Position numbers and translations under genes: made by a program
Shown: in pieces, positions 49,052-59,174 of the stretch
How the letters are laid out: each line of letters starts with the position of its first letter
Position numbering within the stretch: position 1 is the stretch's first letter
Assembly (NCBI GenBank): GCA_005223125.1
Contig: NJBH01000003.1
Location: forward strand, 64,001-128,000
DNA: 64,000 bases
Reading direction: 5' to 3'
Source: Promethearchaeota archaeon Loki_b32
GTDB lineage: Archaea; Asgardarchaeota; Lokiarchaeia; Sigyniarchaeales; SOKP01
The notes under the pieces: generated by a model
Databases searched by the model: none
What the model saw: the letters and a program-made list of their open reading frames with translations, nothing else
What the model was told of the DNA's origin: nothing

Positions 49052-50089
49052 ATGGCTGATGAGTTAACTGCAATCTTAGTCATAATTCTAGTAATTATGG
49101 CTATTGGCCTTGCTTTTAGTATTGGGGCGAATGACGAAACACTTGCATCCTTAGTTGGTGCGGGGGTTCTAAAATTTAAAATAGCACTCATAGTGGGTGG
49201 TATCGCCATAGGTTCTGGCATGATTCTTTTCAGCGGTGGCTTTGTTCCAGAAACAATAGGAAAAAGTATTTTAGGTGAAGGTTTAGAAGCAAAATATACT
49301 AATTATATGCTATTAGCTGTATTGATAAGTAGTATTCTATGGTTAGTAATAGGCAGTTTTGCTGGAATTCCTTTAAGTAGTACTCACTCATTAATTGGAA
49401 GCATTGTTGGAGTAGTTATAGTCTATACTATCTTTCAAGGAGGGATGGATCTTAGCACTGCATTTAATTATGAGAAGTTAAGGGATGTTGTTTTAAGTTG
49501 GTTTATATCTCCCATAACCGGTTTATTAATAACATATATTCTTTTTAAAATAAGTGCTAAATTTTTATTATCTCGGCTAAAAGGTTTAAATCAGATAGAA
49601 AAATCTGAAAAAACATTTAAATGGTTATTGTTTATTGCTGTTATATTTGCGGAAATTTGGGTAGGAGCAAATTCAGGAGAAGCTTTAGGTATCCTTCTAG
49701 GACTTAGGGAAAATAGTTCTATAACAAATGGTCAATATATTACATTTGCAATTTTCTGTGGAATATTTTCCTTTGTTGGTATTTACTTTGCAGCACGTTA
49801 TGTAATCAGAAATCTTGCATCGCATATGATAAATACACGTCCAAGTGAAGGTTTTATTATTCAGATGAGTTCTGCAATTATTTTAATGATTGCTACGTTA
49901 TTAGCTCTTCCAATTTCACATAGCCACGTAATTGTATTTTGTATTATCGGGATGAGTATTGCACAAAAAAAAGAAATAGATCTTAAAGGATTAGGTAAGA
50001 TGGGATTGTATTGGGTATTAACATTTCCAATAGCGGCACTGTTAGCAGGTTCTATCTATTTAGGATTAAGTTCATTTGGGTTTTTGTAA
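49052..50089 (+). CDS. pit: inorganic phosphate transporter, PiT family
   Basis: AFSIGAND, GIPLSSTHSLIGSIVG, SWFISP, GANS, LPISHSH. Confidence 0.92.
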   Translation: MADELTAILVIILVIMAIGLAFSIGANDETLASLVGAGVLKFKIALIVGGIAIGSGMILFSGGFVPETIGKSILGEGLEAKYTNYMLLAVLISSILWLVIGSFAGIPLSSTHSLIGSIVGVVIVYTIFQGGMDLSTAFNYEKLRDVVLSWFISPITGLLITYILFKISAKFLLSRLKGLNQIEKSEKTFKWLLFIAVIFAEIWVGANSGEALGILLGLRENSSITNGQYITFAIFCGIFSFVGIYFAARYVIRNLASHMINTRPSEGFIIQMSSAIILMIATLLALPISHSHVIVFCIIGMSIAQKKEIDLKGLGKMGLYWVLTFPIAALLAGSIYLGLSSFGFL

Positions 50090-50162
50090 AAAATTTTTAA
50101 TAATAGTAAAAAATATATTGTTATGTTGTTTAGATAGAGTTTAATGAAGATAATAGAAGGAG

Positions 50163-50855
50163 ATGTTCAAAATAGGTTCATTAATTGAATATTTGAAACG
50201 AGAAACTGCTCTGAATGCTTTAGAAAAAACTATAAAGCATGCCCAGAAAGTGCAAGAGTGTGTTAAGGAGTTAGAAAAAGGATTTGTAATGCTTTTAAAA
50301 GAAAAAGATCTTGAAAAAACGCATGATATATTTCATAATGTTGATTTATTAGAAGGAGAGGCCGATGACTTAAGAAGAGGGCTTCAAAGAGATATTTCAA
50401 AAGGAGAATTAGATCCAAATGTTAGACAAAATTTGTCACATTTAATTAAAAGAATAGATGATGTCGCTAATTGTTGTAATGGAGTTGCACGTAGAATAGC
50501 CACTGTACCAATAAAATTTTGGGATCAGTGTAGTGAAGAGACAATAGGTTTAATTATTGATATTATGAAAATTACAGTTGATTGCGCGGGATTTTTAGAT
50601 AAAATAGTAATTGATTTAGTAGAAGAGAGGAAAGAGGTTAAAGAGATTGCAAGTCAGATAAATCAACATGAACATAAAGTCGATCTTTTGAATATTAAGT
50701 TAAGAAAAAGCCTTCAAGAAACGAAATACGATGTGAATTTTTTCACAATTTTTACAGTAGGTAATATTTTTGATATTCTTGAAGCAATTTCAGATTCAAT
50801 TGAAGGAGTTGCAGATTATATAATGGTGTTATTAACAGGTGTTGAAGGTATTTAA
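50163..50855 (+). CDS. DUF47 phosphate transport regulator
   Basis: LEGEADDLRR, IDDVAN, EHKVD, LEAISDSIEGVAD. Confidence 0.9.
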   Translation: MFKIGSLIEYLKRETALNALEKTIKHAQKVQECVKELEKGFVMLLKEKDLEKTHDIFHNVDLLEGEADDLRRGLQRDISKGELDPNVRQNLSHLIKRIDDVANCCNGVARRIATVPIKFWDQCSEETIGLIIDIMKITVDCAGFLDKIVIDLVEERKEVKEIASQINQHEHKVDLLNIKLRKSLQETKYDVNFFTIFTVGNIFDILEAISDSIEGVADYIMVLLTGVEGI

Positions 50856-50885
50856 ATAAAAAATTAACATTAGAAAGCTAACTGT

Positions 50886-51149
50886 TTAATCTAATTCTAA
50901 ATAAAAATATTCTATCCCATTCGAAATAATAGATATTATTTTTTTTGCCTTAATTAAATCTCTTAAAATATTATTGATAAAAAATTTTCCTCCTAAGTTA
51001 ACACCAGATTGTTTTTCTTTAATAAGGTTAAACTCAATCTCATTAAATGTTAAAGCTATTCCTTTATTATCAAGCAAAAGTTTAAGGATTATATCTTCAA
51101 TTAATTGAGAATTTTCATGTTTTAATAATTCTGTTATAGATCTTGGCAT
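50886..51149 (-). CDS. small winged-helix-like protein
   Basis: IILKLL...ALTFNEI...ILRDLIKAKKII...YFY. Confidence 0.55.
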   Translation of the reverse strand: MPRSITELLKHENSQLIEDIILKLLLDNKGIALTFNEIEFNLIKEKQSGVNLGGKFFINNILRDLIKAKKIISIISNGIEYFYLELD

Positions 51150-51178
51150 TTTTCAGTTAACACTAATTTGTGGATTAT

Positions 51179-51799
51179 CTAAGGATTTATTAATTTGTAT
51201 TTTTGTTTTTTTAAATTTTCTTTCAAAAGAATTATAGATTCTTGTCTTGCTTTCAAAATTGATCTTTCAGCAATTCCTTCCATTTCTTTTGATGGTAAGA
51301 CTTTTTCTTTTAGTATTTTTTTAAACAGTAAATACTCATCCTTTCTACTGATAAATGGATTTACTTTCTCCTCATGAATGAATTCCTCGATTGACGTATT
51401 TTTTCCATTACAATTCCCTTCTGATAAATCAAATCGGAATTTTTTATATACTAAAAAGCAGTGTACCATTGGTACATAGGGTAATTTATATTTTTTTAAA
51501 ATTTCATTTGTACCATTTGAGATTTCTTCTGTAAATTTATAAACACCTACATACTTGTATAACGGAATATTTAATTCTTCTGCTAACCCAGTGATTACAG
51601 CATGTTTGGTAGTACAAGTACCTTTATTCTCCTTAAATAAAACCATCTTATCATCATAATCGCTGTTATATCCATATTCAATATTATGCACATACTCACA
51701 AGCTTCTCTGAATGATGTAATTCCTAGTTCTAAAAATTTTTTTGATATTTCTCCTTTATCTTCAATTTCCACATCTGGTATTTTATTATATGAATCCAT
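51179..51799 (-). CDS. hypothetical protein, transglutaminase-like
   Basis: GTCTTKHA, VHCFL, RFDLS (possible Cys-His-Asp triad). Confidence 0.6.
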   Translation of the reverse strand: MDSYNKIPDVEIEDKGEISKKFLELGITSFREACEYVHNIEYGYNSDYDDKMVLFKENKGTCTTKHAVITGLAEELNIPLYKYVGVYKFTEEISNGTNEILKKYKLPYVPMVHCFLVYKKFRFDLSEGNCNGKNTSIEEFIHEEKVNPFISRKDEYLLFKKILKEKVLPSKEMEGIAERSILKARQESIILLKENLKKQKYKLINP

Positions 51800-51992
51800 T
51801 AAAATCTTCTTAGGTTTTTCAGTTTTATATTAATGATACACGATTTCATAGTTTAAAAAAGTAATTTTTAAAATTTATTAGAAAAGAATTGTTTTGCTTT
51901 TTCTAAAAGAGTAATTTTTTAAGTAGAATTTATTTTCTAAAAGATATTTTTTGATTGAAATTTGTTATATTTTTTTGAGTTATATCCATTAT

Positions 51993-52156
51993 ATTATCTA
52001 TATAGATAATCTAGGTCGTTCTTTACTCTTTGGGAGTGTTTTTGGTGAATGAATTATATTAACTATATAGACTATATAGAAATTATTTTAAATAGATCAA
52101 TTATTTGATCTATATAACTATATTATGTTATTATTAATGATTAATCTTCTATATAG
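51993..52156. promoter_or_regulatory. cluster of CTATATAG motifs upstream of phoU
   Basis: 18-bp palindrome ATTATCTATATAGATAAT at 51993-52010; CTATATAG at 52063, 52072, 52149; variants at 52110, 52118. Confidence 0.65.
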
Positions 52157-52177
52157 AGATATTATTTTAGAGTTTAA

Positions 52178-53191
52178 GTGATAATTATGGTTTTAAATAT
52201 TGAAACTAGAAAAGTTCAAAAAACTGGGGGGAGCTCCTACATCATTTCTTTACCCAGAGCTTGGATTGAAAAGCATAAAATTAAACCTAAGGATACATTA
52301 GGAATCCTTAGTCAACCAGATGGGAATCTGTTAATATCACCAAACATTAATTCGGAAGATTACATCAAAAGTAAGGATTTTGATGTAGATAATATATCGG
52401 ATTCTAATTATTTATTCCGGATCTTAATAGGAATGTATATTATGGGATATACAGTTATAACAATTAAATCCAGTAAGAAATTCGAACCTTTTATAAGAGA
52501 TACAATTACAAATTTTACTAAAATAGCAATAGGCCCTGAAATAATAGAAGAATCCAATAATATCATAAAAATTAAGGATTTACTTAATCCTAAGGAAATG
52601 CCATTTGAAAAAACAATAAGGAGAATGTATATTTTAGCTCAAGACATGCATGAAAATGCTATTAAAGCTTTAAATTCTGGCGATAAAACTTTAGTTGAAG
52701 AGGTTATAAAGAGAGATGATGAGGTTGACCGATTACATTGGTTAATTGGAAGACAATCTCATATAGTCTTAAGAGATATTATATTATGCCAAAAGATGGG
52801 GATTACACTAGAAGATACAAGCCATTTTCAATCAATTAGTAGGTTCTTAGAGCGAATTGCAGACCATTCTGTTAAAATCGCAAAAAACGTATTATTAATT
52901 GATTTCCAGAAAATAGACAAAAAGATATTGACTGATTTATCAAAGGCAAGTATTTTTGCTTTAAAAATGCTTGATATTAGTTTAGATGCGTGGCTTAATA
53001 AAAGCATCAATTTAGCAAATGAAAATATTAATTCTGTCAAGGAATTAATAGATACATGTGAAAACATTTATTTCAAATTAGATAAGATTGCTGAATTCTC
53101 AGTTCCTATAGGTTATGTAATTGAAAGCATAAGACGAACTGGAGAATATTCTGTTGACATATCTGAAGTAATAATTAATAAATTAATTTAA
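52178..53191 (+). CDS. phoU: AbrB-PhoU-PhoU phosphate uptake regulator
   Basis: ETRKVQKTGGSSYIISLPRAW, RDDEVDRL, LERIADH, SIRRTGEY. Confidence 0.93.
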   Translation: MIIMVLNIETRKVQKTGGSSYIISLPRAWIEKHKIKPKDTLGILSQPDGNLLISPNINSEDYIKSKDFDVDNISDSNYLFRILIGMYIMGYTVITIKSSKKFEPFIRDTITNFTKIAIGPEIIEESNNIIKIKDLLNPKEMPFEKTIRRMYILAQDMHENAIKALNSGDKTLVEEVIKRDDEVDRLHWLIGRQSHIVLRDIILCQKMGITLEDTSHFQSISRFLERIADHSVKIAKNVLLIDFQKIDKKILTDLSKASIFALKMLDISLDAWLNKSINLANENINSVKELIDTCENIYFKLDKIAEFSVPIGYVIESIRRTGEYSVDISEVIINKLI

Positions 53192-53282
53192 AATATTTTT
53201 CGACGCTTTCAAATGCGAAGAATGATTAATTTCATCTGAACTCATTAAATATCACATAAAAATCTATTTTTGTCAAAATTTT

Positions 53283-54161
53283 TTATTTTTCCCATTTAAT
53301 TAAGGAAATAATTAAATTTTCTCGTGAGAGGTCACCTTGAGTTAGTTGTTCTATGATACTTTCTTTCCCAAATAAGTTTCTAATTAATTTTCTTATAAGT
53401 TTTTTTCCAGAATATCCCTCCTTTTGCAGTTCTCCATGATATTCATGAGCTTGTATGCGTAAATTCTCAATTTCTTCCATTTTTACTTTTATAAATTCTC
53501 TTCCCTGCAAAACACCATTCCCAGCAGAAAAAATTAATAAATTGTCCATTCCCTCAGTAAAATCGTACAGTTTCGAAAGAGATTGACATATCAGTGATAT
53601 ATCTTCTTGAATATCACTGTTCTTGCCAAAGATCATTTTGTATTTTGGCTGTACAGCATCAGCTACAAAAGCCCATTGCTGATCTTTTTCAATTAAAGCA
53701 TTTAATTCTGGAGCATGTCCACTCATAGGAAATAATTCAAAGTTATACTTTTTAGATTTAGTTATTATTGGTTTATCAATAATCTCAGCATTAACAGGCA
53801 ATAATTTTAAGCCCCAAGCCACTTGACGATATTCAGGATAAATATTACCCCTTTTTAAAAGATTTAATGCTTTATCACTAGTATAGATAGGTATACCAAA
53901 TTCAGTATTTAACATATGAGCCCCCCCAGCATGATCCTCATGAGTATGGGTTATAAAACATTTATCAATCATTTGGCTAGGATTGAGGGAATTAACAAAT
54001 TCTTTAAGATCATTTTCTCCTGCAGGGGCCCCAGAATCAATAAGAAGCCCATCAATTAAATAACAAGATGTCCAATAGGGATATGGCATCAGAGGATTAT
54101 CTGACGACCACTCCCATTCCAGAATTTGATTATTACAATGATAAGTTTTACGAACAACCAT
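53283..54161 (-). CDS. metallo-beta-lactamase fold hydrolase
   Basis: LIDSG, THTHEDHAGG, SGHAP, ADAV. Confidence 0.9.
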   Translation of the reverse strand: MVVRKTYHCNNQILEWEWSSDNPLMPYPYWTSCYLIDGLLIDSGAPAGENDLKEFVNSLNPSQMIDKCFITHTHEDHAGGAHMLNTEFGIPIYTSDKALNLLKRGNIYPEYRQVAWGLKLLPVNAEIIDKPIITKSKKYNFELFPMSGHAPELNALIEKDQQWAFVADAVQPKYKMIFGKNSDIQEDISLICQSLSKLYDFTEGMDNLLIFSAGNGVLQGREFIKVKMEEIENLRIQAHEYHGELQKEGYSGKKLIRKLIRNLFGKESIIEQLTQGDLSRENLIISLIKWEK

Positions 54162-54210
54162 AAATTGAATCTCAAATGATAAAATGAAACTTTAAAAAAT
54201 ATAATTTATT

Positions 54211-55314
54211 CTATCCTATTTCAATTTTTTTTGGGGGAATAAAAACATCTCTTAGACCGGATCTTTTCAGATGAATTGCATCTTCAGGACAATGATGAGC
54301 ACAAACACCGCACCCTATACATCTTTCCTCCTCTACCACTGCTAAACCATCTTCTAAATCGATTGCGTGCATTGGACATTTTTCCACACAAGTTCCGCAC
54401 CCGATACAATTATCATCGTCTACTTCAGCTAAATAGTTCGAAATTGTATGAAATGGCATTGCTCCTTTATCAAAAAGTTGAAATACACCACAACAACAAT
54501 TACAACAGTTACAAATCGCCTCAAAATCCCTTTCTGGGTCTTGGTGTATATGAAATGCTTTATGTACTAAGCCTGCATCTTCTGCTTCTCTTAATACTTT
54601 TAAAGCTTCATCTTTAGTTATAGAGTTAGCAAAATCTTTTTCAATACAAAATTTAGCGGTCTTACCAAAAAGAAAACAATTTGTTCTTGGAGCGTCTATT
54701 TCACAAGGTTCAGCAATTAGGTCTTTCTCATGGCGGCAATAGCATAGAGCTACAGCAATATCATCGTATTTATCAATAATCTTTTTCACATCTTCTCTGG
54801 ATAAAATAACCTCTGATCCAGAATTTACTTCTTTTTCTACTGGTACCACTCGATCAACGGGAGGAAAATTTTTAAATTGAGGTATTAAATTATCATAATT
54901 TTTCGATGTAAGCAGCCCCATTTCTCTGAATATAGTATCGAATAATCGAGCAAGTTTTTTTTCTCGTTCACCCTCCCCTGGACGCATTAATTGAAACTCA
55001 AACATTCCCGGAAATGGTGGTTGTAATCGATATACAGTAATCCCTGTTGACATGCTTTGTGTACCCACAATTACTCCTTTATATTGTAGTTTATCCAACA
55101 TTTTCATTAAAGAATCATCATCTAAATCAGATTTCTTTTTAATTTCATCAAGATTCATGTTTGGTTTTCGATTATATACTCTGATTATAAATTTAGCTTG
55201 CTCTACTGTGACTACATTTTGTAATAACTCAATTAAAGTATTGGTTACAGGAAATGGCATCTTTCCTGCTTTAATAATTACACGTGAAAGTTTATACCAG
55301 ATTTTATCATTCAT
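54211..55314 (-). CDS. 4Fe-4S ferredoxin-domain protein with extra Cys motifs
   Basis: CYCR, ICNCCNCCCG, CIGCGTCVEKCP, CIGCGVCAHHCP. Confidence 0.9.
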   Translation of the reverse strand: MNDKIWYKLSRVIIKAGKMPFPVTNTLIELLQNVVTVEQAKFIIRVYNRKPNMNLDEIKKKSDLDDDSLMKMLDKLQYKGVIVGTQSMSTGITVYRLQPPFPGMFEFQLMRPGEGEREKKLARLFDTIFREMGLLTSKNYDNLIPQFKNFPPVDRVVPVEKEVNSGSEVILSREDVKKIIDKYDDIAVALCYCRHEKDLIAEPCEIDAPRTNCFLFGKTAKFCIEKDFANSITKDEALKVLREAEDAGLVHKAFHIHQDPERDFEAICNCCNCCCGVFQLFDKGAMPFHTISNYLAEVDDDNCIGCGTCVEKCPMHAIDLEDGLAVVEEERCIGCGVCAHHCPEDAIHLKRSGLRDVFIPPKKIEIG

Positions 55315-55532
55315 TTTTGAGATATCCCCATTTAAAATCTTTTATATTGTTATAATTGATTAAAAATTTAATGATTTAATTACATTATTAGAATATTTGA
55401 TAAAGAGAACTCGGTAGAACAACCTAAAATCACAGTAAAAATCCATTAAATCTTAACACTCTCGTAATTTATTAGTTTAATGTTCTTAAACCACAATAAA
55501 ATAAGAACAAGGGTTTGAGGAGAGATAAATTT

Positions 55533-55706
55533 ATGTTGAGTCAAGTCCAAGACAGAATAAATAGATTAGAACTCTCAGTAAATCTTTTAGAAGACCATTT
55601 GCAAAAATATGGAAATCAATTACAACCACGCCCTCTTAAATTTATACAAAGTCAAATTGTTTACTTTAAACGTGAAATCCGAATAAGGAGAGATTATCCC
55701 ACATAA
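55533..55706 (+). CDS. small helical-hairpin hypothetical protein
   Basis: 57 aa from ATG 55533 after GAGGAG; amphipathic helices. Confidence 0.55.
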   Translation: MLSQVQDRINRLELSVNLLEDHLQKYGNQLQPRPLKFIQSQIVYFKREIRIRRDYPT

Positions 55707-55886
55707 AAAATAAAATGTTTTTTTCTATTTTAATTAAGTTTTGATATAAATTCTTAAAGCAATTTTTTAGATAGACTAAGTTAATTTTTTTTTTTTTGAA
55801 GAATTTTTCACTCGATTTAAAAATATTAAGTATAAAAATAATAGTAACCACTAAACCTTTATTCACTAAAAAACTATATCCTTGTT

Positions 55887-57197
55887 TTGATTAGGCTTAT
55901 GGAAAAAAGTGCAGTAGAATTAAAAAAGACTTATATTGGAATATTTTCATTAAATTATTTTACTCAGGGAATTACTCAGTCGTTCTTCACTACAATTATT
56001 CCAATCTATTTATTACAATTAATGTCGGGTTTAGATACTGGTGAGGTTTCATCAGTGATGTCGATGGTTCTTCTTCCTTTTGGCGTGAAATTCATTTATG
56101 GGATACTTTCAGACAAATATGGTTTAAAAAAATGGGGAAGGAGAAAGCCATGGATAATCTTCCCCTCGATTATATCGGGTTTAATCTGGATACTGGTTCC
56201 TTTTTTATTAACACCCGATAATGCCATGTTAATGATAACACTTCTTGGAATTTTGATTGTCATTGGTGTGGCAATGGGAGATACAGCAATTGATGGACTT
56301 ATTCTCGATCTATGTCCTAAAGAAAGACTAGGACGTGTTCAAGGGATATGTTGGGGATTTAGATCTGTTGGGATAATTGCGGGGGGACCTTTAATTGTAA
56401 TGCTTTTTTTAGGTTTTAGAGGTGTGGTGGAATTTTCTTTTATAGTTCTTGGAATTGCGATGATTATATTTCCATTTTTAGTGTTAATCGTTAAAGAGGT
56501 TGAAAAGCCTTTAGAGATAAATGCACTCGAAAATCTTAAAATAATATTTGGTAAGCTTAAAAATTGGAAAGTATTTGTATTTTCATTATTTAACGCAGTT
56601 TGTGATGGTGTAATATTTGTAATTTTACCTCTTTTTGTACTTATTCAATGGGGTTTAGTTGGAGCTACGGGCTCTGAAATAGATCTTATTGGAAATGCTG
56701 ATTTATATGCTCCAAACGCTCTTGTTGCTTTCGTTGTTGGTTTAGGAGTTATTGCTGGAGCTTTAATTGGAGGAAGGATTGCAGATCTACAATCTCGAAA
56801 ACGTAGTGTCTATTTTTCTTTATTTATAACAACAGGTTCTTTTTTACTTTTTGTAATTCCCGTACCATGGTATATTTTAATGATATTTGCATTCTTTATA
56901 GGAGGCTCCGCGGGTTGGAGAAATTCAGCCTTTTCAGCAGTAATAGGGCAAGAATCACAACAATATCCTGAAATGGACAGTACGTATTATGCAACTTGCA
57001 ATTCATTTGTCAACCTAGGGGGTACTATAGGATTACAACTGACCAGTATTTTATTTATATGCTTCGCCGGACTCCCTGTATTTGGAATATATGCACTTAT
57101 CTTTTTAATAATGGCAATTCTAATAAATTTAGATTTCCTCCCCTTTTTCACATTAGATCCTAAAGAATACGAAATAAATAGAGAAATAAATGAATAA
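55887..57197 (+). CDS. MFS transporter (AmpG/BT1-like)
   Basis: LPFGVKFIYGILSD, GRRKPWI, DTAIDGL, GGRIAD; ~12 TM. Confidence 0.9.
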   Translation: MIRLMEKSAVELKKTYIGIFSLNYFTQGITQSFFTTIIPIYLLQLMSGLDTGEVSSVMSMVLLPFGVKFIYGILSDKYGLKKWGRRKPWIIFPSIISGLIWILVPFLLTPDNAMLMITLLGILIVIGVAMGDTAIDGLILDLCPKERLGRVQGICWGFRSVGIIAGGPLIVMLFLGFRGVVEFSFIVLGIAMIIFPFLVLIVKEVEKPLEINALENLKIIFGKLKNWKVFVFSLFNAVCDGVIFVILPLFVLIQWGLVGATGSEIDLIGNADLYAPNALVAFVVGLGVIAGALIGGRIADLQSRKRSVYFSLFITTGSFLLFVIPVPWYILMIFAFFIGGSAGWRNSAFSAVIGQESQQYPEMDSTYYATCNSFVNLGGTIGLQLTSILFICFAGLPVFGIYALIFLIMAILINLDFLPFFTLDPKEYEINREINE

Positions 57198-57335
57198 AAA
57201 CTCTTAATTTTTTTATTAATTTTATTTATTCTGTTATTAATGTAAATGGCTACACTTTTTCGAAAAATTTTTATCGTTTAATAATGATTGATTTCACATA
57301 GTCCTAATCCTTAATTTGAAATAAAGGTGTTTTAA

Positions 57336-58517
57336 ATTAAATTACAATATTCTGAGAGGGTTAAGAGTCTTCCAACATATATTTTTGTAGAGATAGAACA
57401 ATTATTATCAGAAAAAAGAAAGAAAGGTATTGATTTAATTCCACTAGGGATTGGAGATCCTGATTTACCTACTCCTGATGTAATCATTGACGAATTAATA
57501 AAGCAAGTTAAAATTCCTGAGAATCATAATTACCCTTCGAGTATGGGAGAAGATGATTTTAGAGAAGCAATTGCTAGATGGTATAAAGTTAGATTTAACA
57601 TGGATTTTGATCCCAATGAGGAGATTTCAAACGTAATTGGAGGAAAAGAAGGTGTAGCTAACATTGCAAGAGCATTTATTAATCCTGGAGATATAGTATT
57701 ATGTCCTAATCCCGGATATCCTGTTTATGAAAATGGAGCAACAAAATTGAGTGATGCAAAACCTTATTCAATGCCACTGTTGAAAGAAAACAATTTTTTG
57801 GCAGACTTAGATTCAATTGATAGAGAAATTCTTAAAAAAGCTAAACTAATGTATTTAAATTATCCAAATAACCCTACTGGTGCAATAGCACCGAAAGAAT
57901 TTTTAAAAAAAGCTGTTGATTATGCTGATGATTATAATTTTTACATCATTTATGATAATCCTTATTCAGAGTTTACATTTGATGATTATATAGCACCTTC
58001 GATATTGCAGATAGATCCAAACCATGTTGAGATTAATAGTGCATCTAAAATGTTCAATATGACTGGATTTCGGTGTGGCTGGACTGTTGGAAACAAAGAT
58101 ATTATAGAAGGGTTAAGAAAGATTAAGTCTCAAATTGATTCGGGGTGTCCTAAATTTATACAAAGAGCTGTAATCAAAGGACTAAATGAATACAAATCTG
58201 AAAAAAAGCCAGAAATAATTGAAAGAACGATTAAGACCTATCAACGGTGCAGAGATATTCTCATTAAAGGATTAAATGATATAGGTTGGACAACAGACAA
58301 ACCTCAAGCAACTTTTTATATATGGACTCAAATCCCTAAAAAATATAGAGATATTAGTTGTATGGATTTTGTAAAAAAATTAATTGAGATTGGAGTAGTT
58401 ATTACGCCTGGAATAGGATTTGGTCAGTATGGAGAGGGATTTGTAAGGTTTGCTTTAACACAACCAGAAGAACGAATTCTTGAAGCAATAGAAAGAATTA
58501 GTACCTTAATAAATTAA
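57336..58517 (+). CDS. class I/II PLP aminotransferase, LL-diaminopimelate aminotransferase-like (start extended to ATT)
   Basis: Extension SERVKSLPTYIF...LGIGDPDLPTP...ENHNYP; NYPNNPTG, DNPYSE, SASKMFNMTGFRCG, GEGFVRFAL. Confidence 0.9.
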   Translation: MKLQYSERVKSLPTYIFVEIEQLLSEKRKKGIDLIPLGIGDPDLPTPDVIIDELIKQVKIPENHNYPSSMGEDDFREAIARWYKVRFNMDFDPNEEISNVIGGKEGVANIARAFINPGDIVLCPNPGYPVYENGATKLSDAKPYSMPLLKENNFLADLDSIDREILKKAKLMYLNYPNNPTGAIAPKEFLKKAVDYADDYNFYIIYDNPYSEFTFDDYIAPSILQIDPNHVEINSASKMFNMTGFRCGWTVGNKDIIEGLRKIKSQIDSGCPKFIQRAVIKGLNEYKSEKKPEIIERTIKTYQRCRDILIKGLNDIGWTTDKPQATFYIWTQIPKKYRDISCMDFVKKLIEIGVVITPGIGFGQYGEGFVRFALTQPEERILEAIERISTLIN

Positions 58518-58564
58518 AAAAAATTAAAAAAAAGTGATTACAATTTACAAGATTCTTAGTTTTT

Positions 58565-58744
58565 TTACCCCAGCTTTTTTCTCATCTTTATTCTTAATGC
58601 TTTTAGTCTTCTGTCATCTTCAGCCTCAAGACTTTCTGAAAGTTCATTTGTAACTTCTAATGACATCATAACTGGAGCTTTATGAGAATCCCAATCTTTA
58701 TAATAATCCAATATCAGATCCATTTTATCTGATTCTTCCTCCAA
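58565..58744 (-). CDS. 59-aa hypothetical protein (below ORF-track cutoff)
   Basis: TTG after strong SD GGAGGTGA; MEEESDKMDLILDYYKDWDSHKAPVMMSLEVTNELSESLEAEDDRRLKALRIKMRKKLG. Confidence 0.65.
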   Translation of the reverse strand: MEEESDKMDLILDYYKDWDSHKAPVMMSLEVTNELSESLEAEDDRRLKALRIKMRKKLG

Positions 58745-59174
58745 TAATTTTCACCTCCATTTTTTATTGAATCCTTCACTGGGAGAATCAAATTTACCAT
58801 TGACCTATCTCAAATAAAATTTAATGAGTTGTAGTTATAAAAGAGAACAAATCAGTAAAAGTTAAAGGAAAAAGGTCAAGAGTTTTGATTTATTCTCTCT
58901 TAATAATACTACGGATAAATACTGGCTTTACCAATAAATGTAAGCCACACCAATAATCTGTAGTATTATACTGTGAAAAACTCATTATATAAAATAAGTT
59001 ACAATAACCTTATAAATTTTCCCATTTCTTTCCCATTTGTCAGATTATTTAGACGTGTGATTTGACAAGTAAGTACATAGAATTCTTTACTGATAACTAT
59101 AAAAACCTATTAAATTGATTTTACTTTTAACTAAATTAGTAAGCTATTTGATAATAAAGCGGTTATAAAGTGAG

